Below, piece after piece: positions 18,788-27,299 of a stretch of 49,580 nucleotides of DNA. Source of the stretch: Pseudolabrys sp. (GTDB taxonomy: Bacteria; Pseudomonadota; Alphaproteobacteria; Rhizobiales; Xanthobacteraceae); contig DATGDN010000037.1 of assembly GCA_035310865.1 (NCBI GenBank), positions 1 to 49,580 on the forward strand. The letters are read 5' to 3'. Made by a program: the position numbers and the translations under genes. Numbering within the stretch: the stretch's first letter is position 1; each line of letters begins with the position of its first letter. Under the pieces are notes generated by a model. The model did not search any database, was not told where the DNA came from, and saw nothing but the letters and a program-made list of their open reading frames with translations.

Positions 18788-19239
18788 TATTCCACCTCGT
18801 AGACATCGAGCCGTACGGCGCGCGGTTCGCGATGGCCGCGCGCCAGTGCAAGAATCCGGTTGAGCCAATCGACCTTCGGATCGGCGGTCTCGAACCGCAT
18901 CACGGTCCGGAAATAATAGAGAGCAGGATCGACATTGTCGCCCCGCGCCAGCCGTTCCATCACCTCAGGGAGCCCGTGCCGGAGCCCCTCGCTGGTGACC
19001 ATAATACGCGCGCCTGCGTCGGTCTCGATAGTGTAGCGCGCCTTGATATCGGCGGCGCCATCGGTACGGATGATCTGCCAATCCGCGCCGCCGGGCAGGA
19101 TCCGCCCAGTGAGCTTCGGGCCACGCACGGTGCCACCGAGAATGCCGATAACGCGCCGCTCACCATAGGGCGTGCGTCCAAAGTTGGTGATGCCCTCGAG
19201 CTCTGCGTGAATCGTGAAAATGGGTTGCTTGCCCAGCAT
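18787..19239 (-). CDS. DUF3237 (UPF0311) family protein
   Basis: GERRVI..GG...G.ILPGGADWQ, YYFRT..RFET...WLN pattern; start trimmed to MLGKQP. Confidence 0.8.
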   Translation of the reverse strand: MLGKQPIFTIHAELEGITNFGRTPYGERRVIGILGGTVRGPKLTGRILPGGADWQIIRTDGAADIKARYTIETDAGARIMVTSEGLRHGLPEVMERLARGDNVDPALYYFRTVMRFETADPKVDWLNRILALARGHREPRAVRLDVYEVE

Positions 19240-19247
19240 GGACGAAA

Positions 19248-19267
19248 TCCGTTGGGGTCCCAACTTA
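19248..19267. promoter_or_regulatory. Putative MarR operator, copy 3 (core GTTGGG-GT-CCCAAC)
   Basis: Perfect 6-2-6 palindrome matching copies 1 and 2, in the divergent DUF3237/pcaI intergenic region. Confidence 0.65.
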
Positions 19268-19282
19268 TAGGCTGTCTGGCAT

Positions 19283-19311
19283 TTGACCCTGCCGATGGCC
19301 AGCCGTAAATA
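19283..19311 (+). promoter_or_regulatory. Putative sigma70 promoter for pcaIJFHG
   Basis: TTGACC-N17-TAAATA, ending 26 bp before the pcaI ATG. Confidence 0.5.
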
Positions 19312-19337
19312 CGGGGCGCAACCGGGACTCACTCTGA

Positions 19338-20198
19338 ATGGCGCGGATTTCCTCGCTCGCCGAAGCCATAAAATCTGCTGTCCAGGATGGCGACACGGTC
19401 GCCCTGGAGGGCTTCACCCATCTCATTCCTCATGCCGCCGGCCACGAGATCATCCGTCAGGGCCGTAAGGGACTGACTTTGATCCGGATGACGCCCGATC
19501 TCATCTACGATCAGCTGATCGGGATGGGTTGCGTCGCCAAGCTGGTCTTTTCCTGGGGCGGGAACCCGGGCGTCGGGTCGCTGCATCGGCTGCGCGACGC
19601 AGTCGAGAACGGCTGGCCGCACAAGCTCGAACTCGAAGAGCATTCACACGCTGCCATGGCGAATGCCTATGAGGCCGGCGCAGCCGGACTGCCTTGCGCC
19701 ATTTTCCGCGGGTACATCGGCGGCGATCTTCCGAAGGTCAATTCCAAGATCAAACGCGTGAAATGTCCTTTCACCGGCGAGGAGCTCGCCGCCGTGCCGG
19801 CACACCGCCCGGATGTGGCCATGATCCATGCGCAACGCGCCGACAAGGCCGGCAACGTCATGCTTGAAGGCGTGCTCGGTGTACAGAAGGAGGCGATTCT
19901 CGCCTCCAAACGTTCGGTGGTGACGGTCGAAGAGGTCGTGGACGAGCTTCCCGAGCGCAGCCTCAACGCGGTCGTGCTGCCACACTGGACCATCGGCCAT
20001 GTGGTCGAGGTGCCTGGCGGCGCATATCCATCGTACGCACAAGGCTACTATCCGCGTACCAATAGCTTCTACAAGGAATGGGACGCGATCTCGCGCGAGC
20101 GGGACTCATTTCTTGCCTGGATGAAAGAGAACGTGCTGAGCAAGGGGCCCGAGGTCTTCGCACAACACGTACGCAAATTCCGCGCGGCGGCAGAGTGA
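19338..20198 (+). CDS. pcaI: 3-oxoadipate CoA-transferase subunit A (GctA/CatI type)
   Basis: EGFTHLIP, RMTPD, FSWGGNPGVGSL; first gene of the pca operon. Confidence 0.88.
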   Translation: MARISSLAEAIKSAVQDGDTVALEGFTHLIPHAAGHEIIRQGRKGLTLIRMTPDLIYDQLIGMGCVAKLVFSWGGNPGVGSLHRLRDAVENGWPHKLELEEHSHAAMANAYEAGAAGLPCAIFRGYIGGDLPKVNSKIKRVKCPFTGEELAAVPAHRPDVAMIHAQRADKAGNVMLEGVLGVQKEAILASKRSVVTVEEVVDELPERSLNAVVLPHWTIGHVVEVPGGAYPSYAQGYYPRTNSFYKEWDAISRERDSFLAWMKENVLSKGPEVFAQHVRKFRAAAE

Positions 20199-20203
20199 GC
20201 ATC

Positions 20204-20974
20204 ATGGCCGATTACACGCCGAACGAGATGATGACGGTCGCCGCCGCCCGCGCACTGAAGGATGACGATGTCTGTTTCGTCGGCATCGGCATGCCGTCGG
20301 CGGCAGCCAATCTCGCGCGCCTGACGCACGCGCCGAACATCACGCTCATCTACGAGTCGGGTACGCTTGCGACCAAGCCGAATATTCTGCCCCTCTCGAT
20401 CGGTGACGGTGAATTGTGCGAGACGGCCATCACCACCGTTTCGGTGCCGGAAATGTTTCGCTATTGGCTGCAAGGCGGCCGTATCAAGGTCGGCTTCCTC
20501 GGTGGCGCGCAGATTGACAGGTTTGCCAATCTCAATACGACCGTGGTCGGTACTTATGATAAGCCTAAAGTCCGGTTGCCCGGCGGCGGCGGCGCGCCGG
20601 AGATCGCGACCTCATGCGGCGAGATTTTCATCATCATGGCGCAGGGTAAACGCAGCTTCGTCGATAAGCTCGATTTCGTCACCTCGATCGGTCATGTGTC
20701 GGGCGGTGACAGCCGCAGCAAGCTCGGCGTGAAGACGAAGGGCCCGACCAAGCTCATAACCGACCTGGCGCTGTTCGAGCCCGACCCGGTGACGAAGGAG
20801 ATGACCGTCGTTTCCATTCATCCCGGCGTCACCCGCGAGCAGATCCAGGACAATTCCGGCTGGAAGGTCGTCTACGCGGCGAAAGTCGCGGAAACACCGG
20901 CGCCCACGCACCGCGAACTCGACGTCCTGCGCGACCTGCAGGCGCGCACCAAGCGCGCACAAGAGGCCGCGTGA
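20204..20974 (+). CDS. pcaJ: 3-oxoadipate CoA-transferase subunit B (GctB/CatJ type)
   Basis: FVGIG, catalytic Glu in LIYESG, GAQIDRFANLNTT, RLPGGGGA; start trimmed to MADYTP. Confidence 0.88.
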   Translation: MADYTPNEMMTVAAARALKDDDVCFVGIGMPSAAANLARLTHAPNITLIYESGTLATKPNILPLSIGDGELCETAITTVSVPEMFRYWLQGGRIKVGFLGGAQIDRFANLNTTVVGTYDKPKVRLPGGGGAPEIATSCGEIFIIMAQGKRSFVDKLDFVTSIGHVSGGDSRSKLGVKTKGPTKLITDLALFEPDPVTKEMTVVSIHPGVTREQIQDNSGWKVVYAAKVAETPAPTHRELDVLRDLQARTKRAQEAA

Positions 20975-22185
20975 TGACCCGCGACGTCTTTCTTTGCGAT
21001 GCGGTGCGTACACCAATCGGGCGCTATGGCGGCGCACTTGCGAAAGTGCGTACCGACGATCTTGCGGCGGTCCCGATCAAGGCGCTGATGGCGCGCAACC
21101 CGAAGATCGACTGGGCGAAGCTCGATGAAGTCTATTACGGCTGTGCCAACCAGGCGGGCGAGGACAACCGCAATGTTGCCCGCATGGCGCTTTTGCTTGC
21201 GGGGCTTCCGGCCAGCGTGCCGGGTGTAACATTGAACCGGCTTTGCGCTTCGGGACTGGAGGCGGTCGGCACCGCCGCGCGCGCGATCCGGGCCGGCGAG
21301 ATGGAATTCGCGATTGCTGGCGGCGTCGAATCGATGACACGCGCGCCCTTCGTGCGGGGAAAAGCACAGGAAGCATTTTCGCGGACTACTGAGATCTATG
21401 ACACGACCATCGGCTGGCGCTTCGTCAACCCGCTGATGAAGCAACAGTACGGCATCGATTCCATGCCGGAAACCGGCGAGAACGTCGCGGAGGAATTCCA
21501 GGTCACCCGCGCCGACCAGGATGCCTTCGCGCTGCGCTCGCAACAGCGCGCCGGCAAGGCGATTGCTTCCGGCTATTTCTCCGAGGAAATTGTTGCCGTC
21601 GAGGTGCCGGGCGGGAAAGCTGGCCCCGTCAAGGTTGATAAGGACGAGCATCCGCGGTCGGAAACGACGCTCGAACAACTCGCCAAACTCAAGACGCCAT
21701 TTCGCAACCCGGGCACCGTCACTGCAGGCAATGCATCCGGTGTGAATGACGGCGCAGCCGTGATGATTGTCGCATCGGAGGCCGCTGTTAAGGCGCACGA
21801 ACTCAAACCCCGCGCGCGCATTCTCGGGATGGCCTCTGCCGCGGTGCCGCCGCGCATCATGGGAATCGGACCGGTCCCGGCGACGCAGAAATTGCTGGCG
21901 CGCCTCCGGCACAAAATCGCCGACTATGATTTGATCGAGATCAACGAAGCCTTCGCCTCACAATCGTTAGCTTGTTTGAGGCAGTTGGGGCTTGCCGACG
22001 ATGCCGCGCACGTCAACCCGCACGGTGGTGCGATCGCGCTCGGTCATCCGCTTGGCATGTCAGGCGCCCGCCTCGCGCTGACGGCCGCACATGGATTGGA
22101 GGAAAACGGCGGGAAACTGGCGCTTGCCACGATGTGCGTGGGTGTCGGTCAAGGTGTGTCGCTGGCCCTCGAACGGGTCGGCTAA
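20971..22185 (+). CDS. pcaF: 3-oxoadipyl-CoA thiolase
   Basis: NQAGEDNRNVARM, NRLCASG, NEAF, GHPLG, CVGVGQG. Confidence 0.93.
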   Translation: MMTRDVFLCDAVRTPIGRYGGALAKVRTDDLAAVPIKALMARNPKIDWAKLDEVYYGCANQAGEDNRNVARMALLLAGLPASVPGVTLNRLCASGLEAVGTAARAIRAGEMEFAIAGGVESMTRAPFVRGKAQEAFSRTTEIYDTTIGWRFVNPLMKQQYGIDSMPETGENVAEEFQVTRADQDAFALRSQQRAGKAIASGYFSEEIVAVEVPGGKAGPVKVDKDEHPRSETTLEQLAKLKTPFRNPGTVTAGNASGVNDGAAVMIVASEAAVKAHELKPRARILGMASAAVPPRIMGIGPVPATQKLLARLRHKIADYDLIEINEAFASQSLACLRQLGLADDAAHVNPHGGAIALGHPLGMSGARLALTAAHGLEENGGKLALATMCVGVGQGVSLALERVG

Positions 22186-22210
22186 GGGGCATCAATAAGG
22201 GGCAATAGGA

Positions 22211-22918
22211 ATGACGCTCATTTTTCCGAAGGAGAGCCTCACGGTTTTCCCCAAGCATCTCTCTCCCGACTATCGCAGCACGGTCAAGCGGTCTCCCTCT
22301 AAGCCATTGATCCTCGCGCCGCATACATTGTCGGAGTTGACCGGCCCGGTCTATGGCCACGATGCTGTGCAGGAAGGCGACGCCGATCTGACCAAGCAGC
22401 ACAAAGGTGAGCCGCTGGGTGAGCGCATCATCGTGCACGGCCATGTGCTCGACGAGGACAAACGTCCGGTTCCCGACACGCTCGTGGAAATCTGGCAGGC
22501 GAATGCCTGCGGCCGTTATGTGCACAATGTCGATCAGCATCCGGCGCCGCTCGACCCGAATTTCACTGGAGCTGGACGGACGATCACGGACAACAAAGGC
22601 TATTACCGGTTCATCACGGTGAAGCCCGGCGCGTATCCCTGGGGCAATCATCACAATGCCTGGCGGCCGAACCATATCCATTTCTCAGTGTTCGGCCATT
22701 CGTTCGTGTCGCGGCTGGTGACGCAGATGTATTTCCCGGGCGATCCGCTGTTTCCATTCGATCCGATCTTTAATTCGGTCACCGATGAGAAGGCGCGGCA
22801 GCGCATGATCTCGAGTTTCGATCTGGAGAACACCATTCCCGATTGGGCGCTTTGTTTCCGCTTTGACATCGTGTTGCGCGGACGCGAAGCCACGCCCCAG
22901 GATACGGACAAGCATTAA
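22211..22918 (+). CDS. pcaH: Protocatechuate 3,4-dioxygenase beta subunit
   Basis: SELTGP, WQANACGRY, PGAYPW, WRPNHIHFS (Fe ligands Tyr, Tyr, His, His). Confidence 0.96.
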   Translation: MTLIFPKESLTVFPKHLSPDYRSTVKRSPSKPLILAPHTLSELTGPVYGHDAVQEGDADLTKQHKGEPLGERIIVHGHVLDEDKRPVPDTLVEIWQANACGRYVHNVDQHPAPLDPNFTGAGRTITDNKGYYRFITVKPGAYPWGNHHNAWRPNHIHFSVFGHSFVSRLVTQMYFPGDPLFPFDPIFNSVTDEKARQRMISSFDLENTIPDWALCFRFDIVLRGREATPQDTDKH

Positions 22919-23533
22919 ATGTCGGACATCACTCCCTCACAAACCGTCGGCCCATTCTTCGCATACGGCCTTGCGCCGCACAGCCGTTGCGATTGGAAAC
23001 CAAGCGACATCTACGACTGGAAGGAAACCGCTGGCGCCAATCTGATGACCGCGGACGCCTCCGGCACGAAGATCCGCATCGAGGGCGCCGTGCTCGACGG
23101 TGACGGCATGCCGATCAACGACGCCATGGTTGAAGTCTGGCAGGCGGACGCGCAGGGACGGTATGCCCATCCGCGCGACAACCGCAGCCGTCCGAACACC
23201 AAGTTCATGGGTTTCGGTCGTTCCGCGACGGATAAGAATGGCGTCTATAGTTTCGACACGATCAAGCCGGGCCCTGTCCCTGGGCCAAACGGGAAGCCGC
23301 AGGCCCCCCACATCGTGTTCTGCATCTACTCGCGCGGCATGCTTCGGCAGATCTACACGCGACTCTACTTTTCGGACGAGCCGGCGAATAACAGCGATCC
23401 CATCCTGACGCTGGTTCCGGCAGACAGGCGGGGGACTCTCATTGCCCACAAAGAGATGCGGGGCGAGATGCCGGTCTACCGCTTCGACATCCGCGTTCAG
23501 GGCGAGAACGAGACGGTTTTCTTCGACATCTGA
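22919..23533 (+). CDS. pcaG: Protocatechuate 3,4-dioxygenase alpha subunit
   Basis: TPSQTVGPFF, QAPHI, TRLYF, QGENETVFFDI. Confidence 0.96.
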   Translation: MSDITPSQTVGPFFAYGLAPHSRCDWKPSDIYDWKETAGANLMTADASGTKIRIEGAVLDGDGMPINDAMVEVWQADAQGRYAHPRDNRSRPNTKFMGFGRSATDKNGVYSFDTIKPGPVPGPNGKPQAPHIVFCIYSRGMLRQIYTRLYFSDEPANNSDPILTLVPADRRGTLIAHKEMRGEMPVYRFDIRVQGENETVFFDI

Positions 23534-23804
23534 TCGATCGCGGCCGTTTTCATGGCTTCGTGAGCCGATTTTGGAAACGAGGCTGTATTATCTTTTCGCC
23601 CAGCGTCGCCCATTGCCAACGACCAAGGCTCTGGCGAAATCAATAACTGCCGTTATTTCCAGAAAAGCAGCTGGTTTGGTGGCGGGCAATGTGCCCACCC
23701 ACCTTGCCCATCTTTCCCAACACTATATTTATAGTTGACGGTTGGGGCTGGAGTTGGTTGGCTTACCGACAACGGCCATCGAGAGCCGGTCAGGAAACGC
23801 CGTC

Positions 23805-25214
23805 ATGAACGAACAAATTCTCCAGGAGATCAGTGAATTCTGCCGCGCGCGCGGGCTCGCCGAGTCGACCTTCGGCCGCCGCGCCGTCAACGACGGCAAA
23901 CTTGCCAGCCGCCTGCGCAACGGCGGCCGCATTACAACCGATACACTGGAGCGCATCCGCACGTTCATGGCGCGCAATTCCGATGGCACGCCGGCGCGCC
24001 GCCGCGTTCTGTTCGAGCCGACGCCGCCAGGCGTTTTGCCCGTCGTAAAGCCGGCGGCGCCGCCTGTCGCTTCCGGAATGTCAGGCGAAGATCCGCAACG
24101 CAATTTCCGGTTTTTCGACAATCGGCAGAAATATCTGCTGTTCGTGAACACGTGTTCGGAAAAATGGGAAGTCGCATCGCGCGTCGGGCTTGAGCTCGCC
24201 AATATTCATCCGCGTCCGCCCGCGGTGCGCATCTTCGACGCCGGCGTCGGCGATGGCACCGTGCTCGCTCGCGTCATGCGCTCGATGCACGACCGCTTTC
24301 CGACCACGCCGTTCTATGTCGTCGGCAAGGAGATCAGTCTTGAGGATATCCGGCTGACGCTGCACAAGATGGCGGATCGCTTCGTTGAGCATCCCTCGAG
24401 CGTGCTGGTGCTGACCAATCTCGCCTATGCGGAGGCCCCTTGGCTGGCGGTCAAGTCGCTCAGCGCTGCCACTAGTTTGGTGTGGAAAGAGCTGGCGATG
24501 GAAGGCAACACCGCGCACAGCTTCGAAAAGCAGATCACGGATCTCGAGCCCTTCCTTTCCGAGAACTGGAAGGCGCGGGTCAGCGCCAAAAGCGGCAATC
24601 CGATCTACGAACGCCCGGTCATTCTGGTGATCTACCGAAACGACCACCGCTTCCTGCTCGATCAGATCGTGCCCAAGCCGGGCGGCACGGTTGCAGACTA
24701 CGATCTCGTCATCGCTTCGCAGCCCTATCGCGCACGCGCATCGCTTGAGTTCAAGGCCAAGCGCGTACTCGCGCCACTTGCGCGCGCGCTCGGCCCCGGC
24801 GGCCGCATGATCGCGATCCATTCGTATGGACACGATCCCGGCATGGAAATTATCGACAAGGTCTGGCCCAACGACAATCCGTTCATCCACAACCGTCACG
24901 ACCTGCTCAAGGAAGTGAAACACGATCTGGGCGCGGCCGGCCGCGATCTGAATTTCAATGCCTATGCCGACCAACGCTCGCTGTTCCGCTACGACATGCA
25001 CACTTTGCCGTCGGAGATTTCCTCTTCGATCGGCACGTCGACGTTGCTTGCAGCGTGGAACGCGGCGATCTACGTGGCGCAGGTGGAAGATGATCGCCTG
25101 TCCGACGTGAACAGCGACCGCCGCTATATCGAGGCGACGCGGGAGGTCCTTCAAAAGCACGGCGGGTTGTGGTTCTACGACGAATCCTTTGTGATCTCGC
25201 GCCGGCGCGAATAG
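23805..25214 (+). CDS. Hypothetical protein: N-terminal Cro-like HTH, Pro-rich linker, class I SAM-dependent methyltransferase-like domain
   Basis: N-term ILQEISEFCRARGLAESTFGRRAVNDGKLASRLRNGG; linker PTPPGVLPVVKPAAPP; motif I IFDAGVGDG, VGKE, YDLVIASQPY, LGPGGRM; AGGA upstream of ATG 23805. Confidence 0.7.
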   Translation: MNEQILQEISEFCRARGLAESTFGRRAVNDGKLASRLRNGGRITTDTLERIRTFMARNSDGTPARRRVLFEPTPPGVLPVVKPAAPPVASGMSGEDPQRNFRFFDNRQKYLLFVNTCSEKWEVASRVGLELANIHPRPPAVRIFDAGVGDGTVLARVMRSMHDRFPTTPFYVVGKEISLEDIRLTLHKMADRFVEHPSSVLVLTNLAYAEAPWLAVKSLSAATSLVWKELAMEGNTAHSFEKQITDLEPFLSENWKARVSAKSGNPIYERPVILVIYRNDHRFLLDQIVPKPGGTVADYDLVIASQPYRARASLEFKAKRVLAPLARALGPGGRMIAIHSYGHDPGMEIIDKVWPNDNPFIHNRHDLLKEVKHDLGAAGRDLNFNAYADQRSLFRYDMHTLPSEISSSIGTSTLLAAWNAAIYVAQVEDDRLSDVNSDRRYIEATREVLQKHGGLWFYDESFVISRRRE

Positions 25215-25221
25215 GCGCAAT

Positions 25222-26097
25222 ATGCCCGTCGCGGCTCCAGCACCTGAGGCTGCCGATTTTGCGCGGCGATTCTCGCTCGAAGCAACGCGGCCGAGTGCGA
25301 CCGAGATTGCTGCACTGGCCGATATTGTTCCGCCGGTGACGCCGATCTACTTCTCCGCCGTACCAACTATCACGCGGCAGGAGATCATCGCCGCGGCGGC
25401 GTCATTGCGCAAAGCCAGGCTTGAGCCTGTCGTTCATATCGCGGCACGGCGCCTTGCGAGTGCCGCGGACCTGCAGGAGTTGCTGTCGGGCCTGCGCGGT
25501 GAAGCCGATGTACGGCGGCTGCTGGTGATCGGTGGAGATGTCGATGCGCCGGGGGCCTTTGCCGACGCCCTCGCGGTCATCCAAAAGGGCCGCTTGCGCG
25601 AGGCTGGCATTGAAGAGATTGGAATCGGAGCCTATCCGGAAGGACATCCACGCATTCCCGCCGGGCGACTGGAGGCTTCGCTCGACGAGAAAATCGCCGC
25701 CGCTACCGCGCAGGGCCTGCGTGTCCATATCGTCAGCCAGTTTTCATTCTCGCCCGAGCACATCCTGACCTGGCTGAGGCATTTGCGTTCCTGCGGCATT
25801 AGCAAACCGGTGAAAATCGGGATGGCGGGTCCGACCAGTGTCCCCGCACTCCTGCGCTACGCGAAACGCTGCGGGGTAGCGGCCTCTTTGCGCGGATTGG
25901 TCTCTGGGGTCGCCAGCGGTCTGGTTGGTCATGTCGGGCCGGATCGCATAATCGAAAAGCTTTCGGCGGCCGCTAATTTGGGCGATGTTGCTCCGCATTA
26001 TTTTTCATTCGGCGGGGCGCTTGAATCTGCGCGCTATGCATGCAAAGCCGCCGCAGGACGGCACGGCGCGGGCCGTGCTATGGCTCGAAGCAATTAA
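25222..26097 (+). CDS. metF: Methylenetetrahydrofolate reductase, divergent (Sphingobium SYK-6 MetF-like) type
   Basis: FSLEAT, PVVHIAARR, VIGGD, AYPEGHP, SQFSF, IGMAGP...LLRYAKRCGV, FGG. Confidence 0.82.
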   Translation: MPVAAPAPEAADFARRFSLEATRPSATEIAALADIVPPVTPIYFSAVPTITRQEIIAAAASLRKARLEPVVHIAARRLASAADLQELLSGLRGEADVRRLLVIGGDVDAPGAFADALAVIQKGRLREAGIEEIGIGAYPEGHPRIPAGRLEASLDEKIAAATAQGLRVHIVSQFSFSPEHILTWLRHLRSCGISKPVKIGMAGPTSVPALLRYAKRCGVAASLRGLVSGVASGLVGHVGPDRIIEKLSAAANLGDVAPHYFSFGGALESARYACKAAAGRHGAGRAMARSN

Positions 26098-26135
26098 GAC
26101 CCGCTGAACGAGCGGGCCCACTCGCGGAGGAGATG

Positions 26136-27245
26136 ATGACGCAAAGGACTAAACCGCCATTTCGCGCTGACCATGTCGGCAGCATTCTGCGCACCGCGCC
26201 AGTCAAAGACGCCCGCGCCAAGCGCGAGAAAGGCGAGATTACTGCGGCCCAACTCAAAGAGGTGGAAGATCGCGAAATCGAAAAAATCATCAGGAAGCAG
26301 GAGGAGATCGGGCTCAAGCTTGCGACCGATGGCGAATTCCGCCGCTCATGGTGGCATTTTGATTTCTTCGGAATGCTCGACGGCGTCGCCATCTATGAGC
26401 TCGACCACGGCATTCAGTTTCAGGGCGTGCAAACCAAGCCGCGCAGCATCAAGGTGACCGGCAAGATCGGCTTCTCGAACAATCCAATGGTGGAGCACTT
26501 CAAGTTCCTGAAGGCGCACACCAAGGCGACGCCGAAGATGACGATCCCGTCGCCGAGCGTTATGCATTTCCGGCTCGAACCCGGCGCGGTCGCAAAGAGC
26601 GCTTACCCGGACCGCGATGCCATCTTCGATGATCTCGCCATAGCCTATCAGAAGGCGATCAAGGCGTTCTACGAAGCCGGCTGCCGTTATCTGCAATTTG
26701 ACGACACCGCCTGGGCCTATCTATGCTCGCAGGAGGAACTGAAGAAGGCCAGGGACCGCGGGCTCGACGTCGATCACCTGCAGGAAACCTACACCCGCTG
26801 CATCAACAAGTCGCTCGAGGCAAAACCTGCGGACATGACGATCACAACCCATGTCTGCCGCGGTAATTTCCGTTCGACCTTCATTTCATCGGGCGGCTAC
26901 GAGCCGGTGGCGCAGAACCTGCTCGCCAAGTGCAACTACGACGGCTATTTCCTCGAATACGACACCGATCGAGCGGGCGGCTTCGAGCCGCTGCGCTTCC
27001 TGCCGAAGGGCAACAAGATCGTCGTGCTCGGCCTGGTCACGTCGAAGTCAGGCCGGCTAGAGCCGCGCGTCGACATCAAGAAGCGCATCGAAGAAGCGAC
27101 CAAATATGTCGCGCTCGATCAGCTCTGCCTGTCGCCGCAATGCGGCTTCGCCTCGACCGAGGAAGGCAACGTGCTCGCTGAAGACGAGCAGTGGGCAAAG
27201 CTGCGCATGATCGTCGAACTGGCGGACGAGGTGTGGGGGAAGTAA
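26136..27245 (+). CDS. Core (catalytic-domain-only) cobalamin-independent methionine synthase-like protein, paralog 1
   Basis: PPFRADHVGS, TDGEFRR, Zn ligands HVCRGN / LEYD / PQCGF; about 370 aa with no N-terminal MetE barrel; GGAGG RBS (alternative start 26133). Confidence 0.88.
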   Translation: MTQRTKPPFRADHVGSILRTAPVKDARAKREKGEITAAQLKEVEDREIEKIIRKQEEIGLKLATDGEFRRSWWHFDFFGMLDGVAIYELDHGIQFQGVQTKPRSIKVTGKIGFSNNPMVEHFKFLKAHTKATPKMTIPSPSVMHFRLEPGAVAKSAYPDRDAIFDDLAIAYQKAIKAFYEAGCRYLQFDDTAWAYLCSQEELKKARDRGLDVDHLQETYTRCINKSLEAKPADMTITTHVCRGNFRSTFISSGGYEPVAQNLLAKCNYDGYFLEYDTDRAGGFEPLRFLPKGNKIVVLGLVTSKSGRLEPRVDIKKRIEEATKYVALDQLCLSPQCGFASTEEGNVLAEDEQWAKLRMIVELADEVWGK

Positions 27246-27299
27246 AAGTCCCCCTCATTCCCGTTGTCGCGAGGACGAGCGAAGTAGGGAGTTCCGAAC

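Noticed and set aside
23534-23804. Possible SAM-II or other riboswitch upstream of the metF/MetE-like block
   Set aside because: I could not match the SAM-alpha consensus by eye; an Infernal/Rfam scan would settle it
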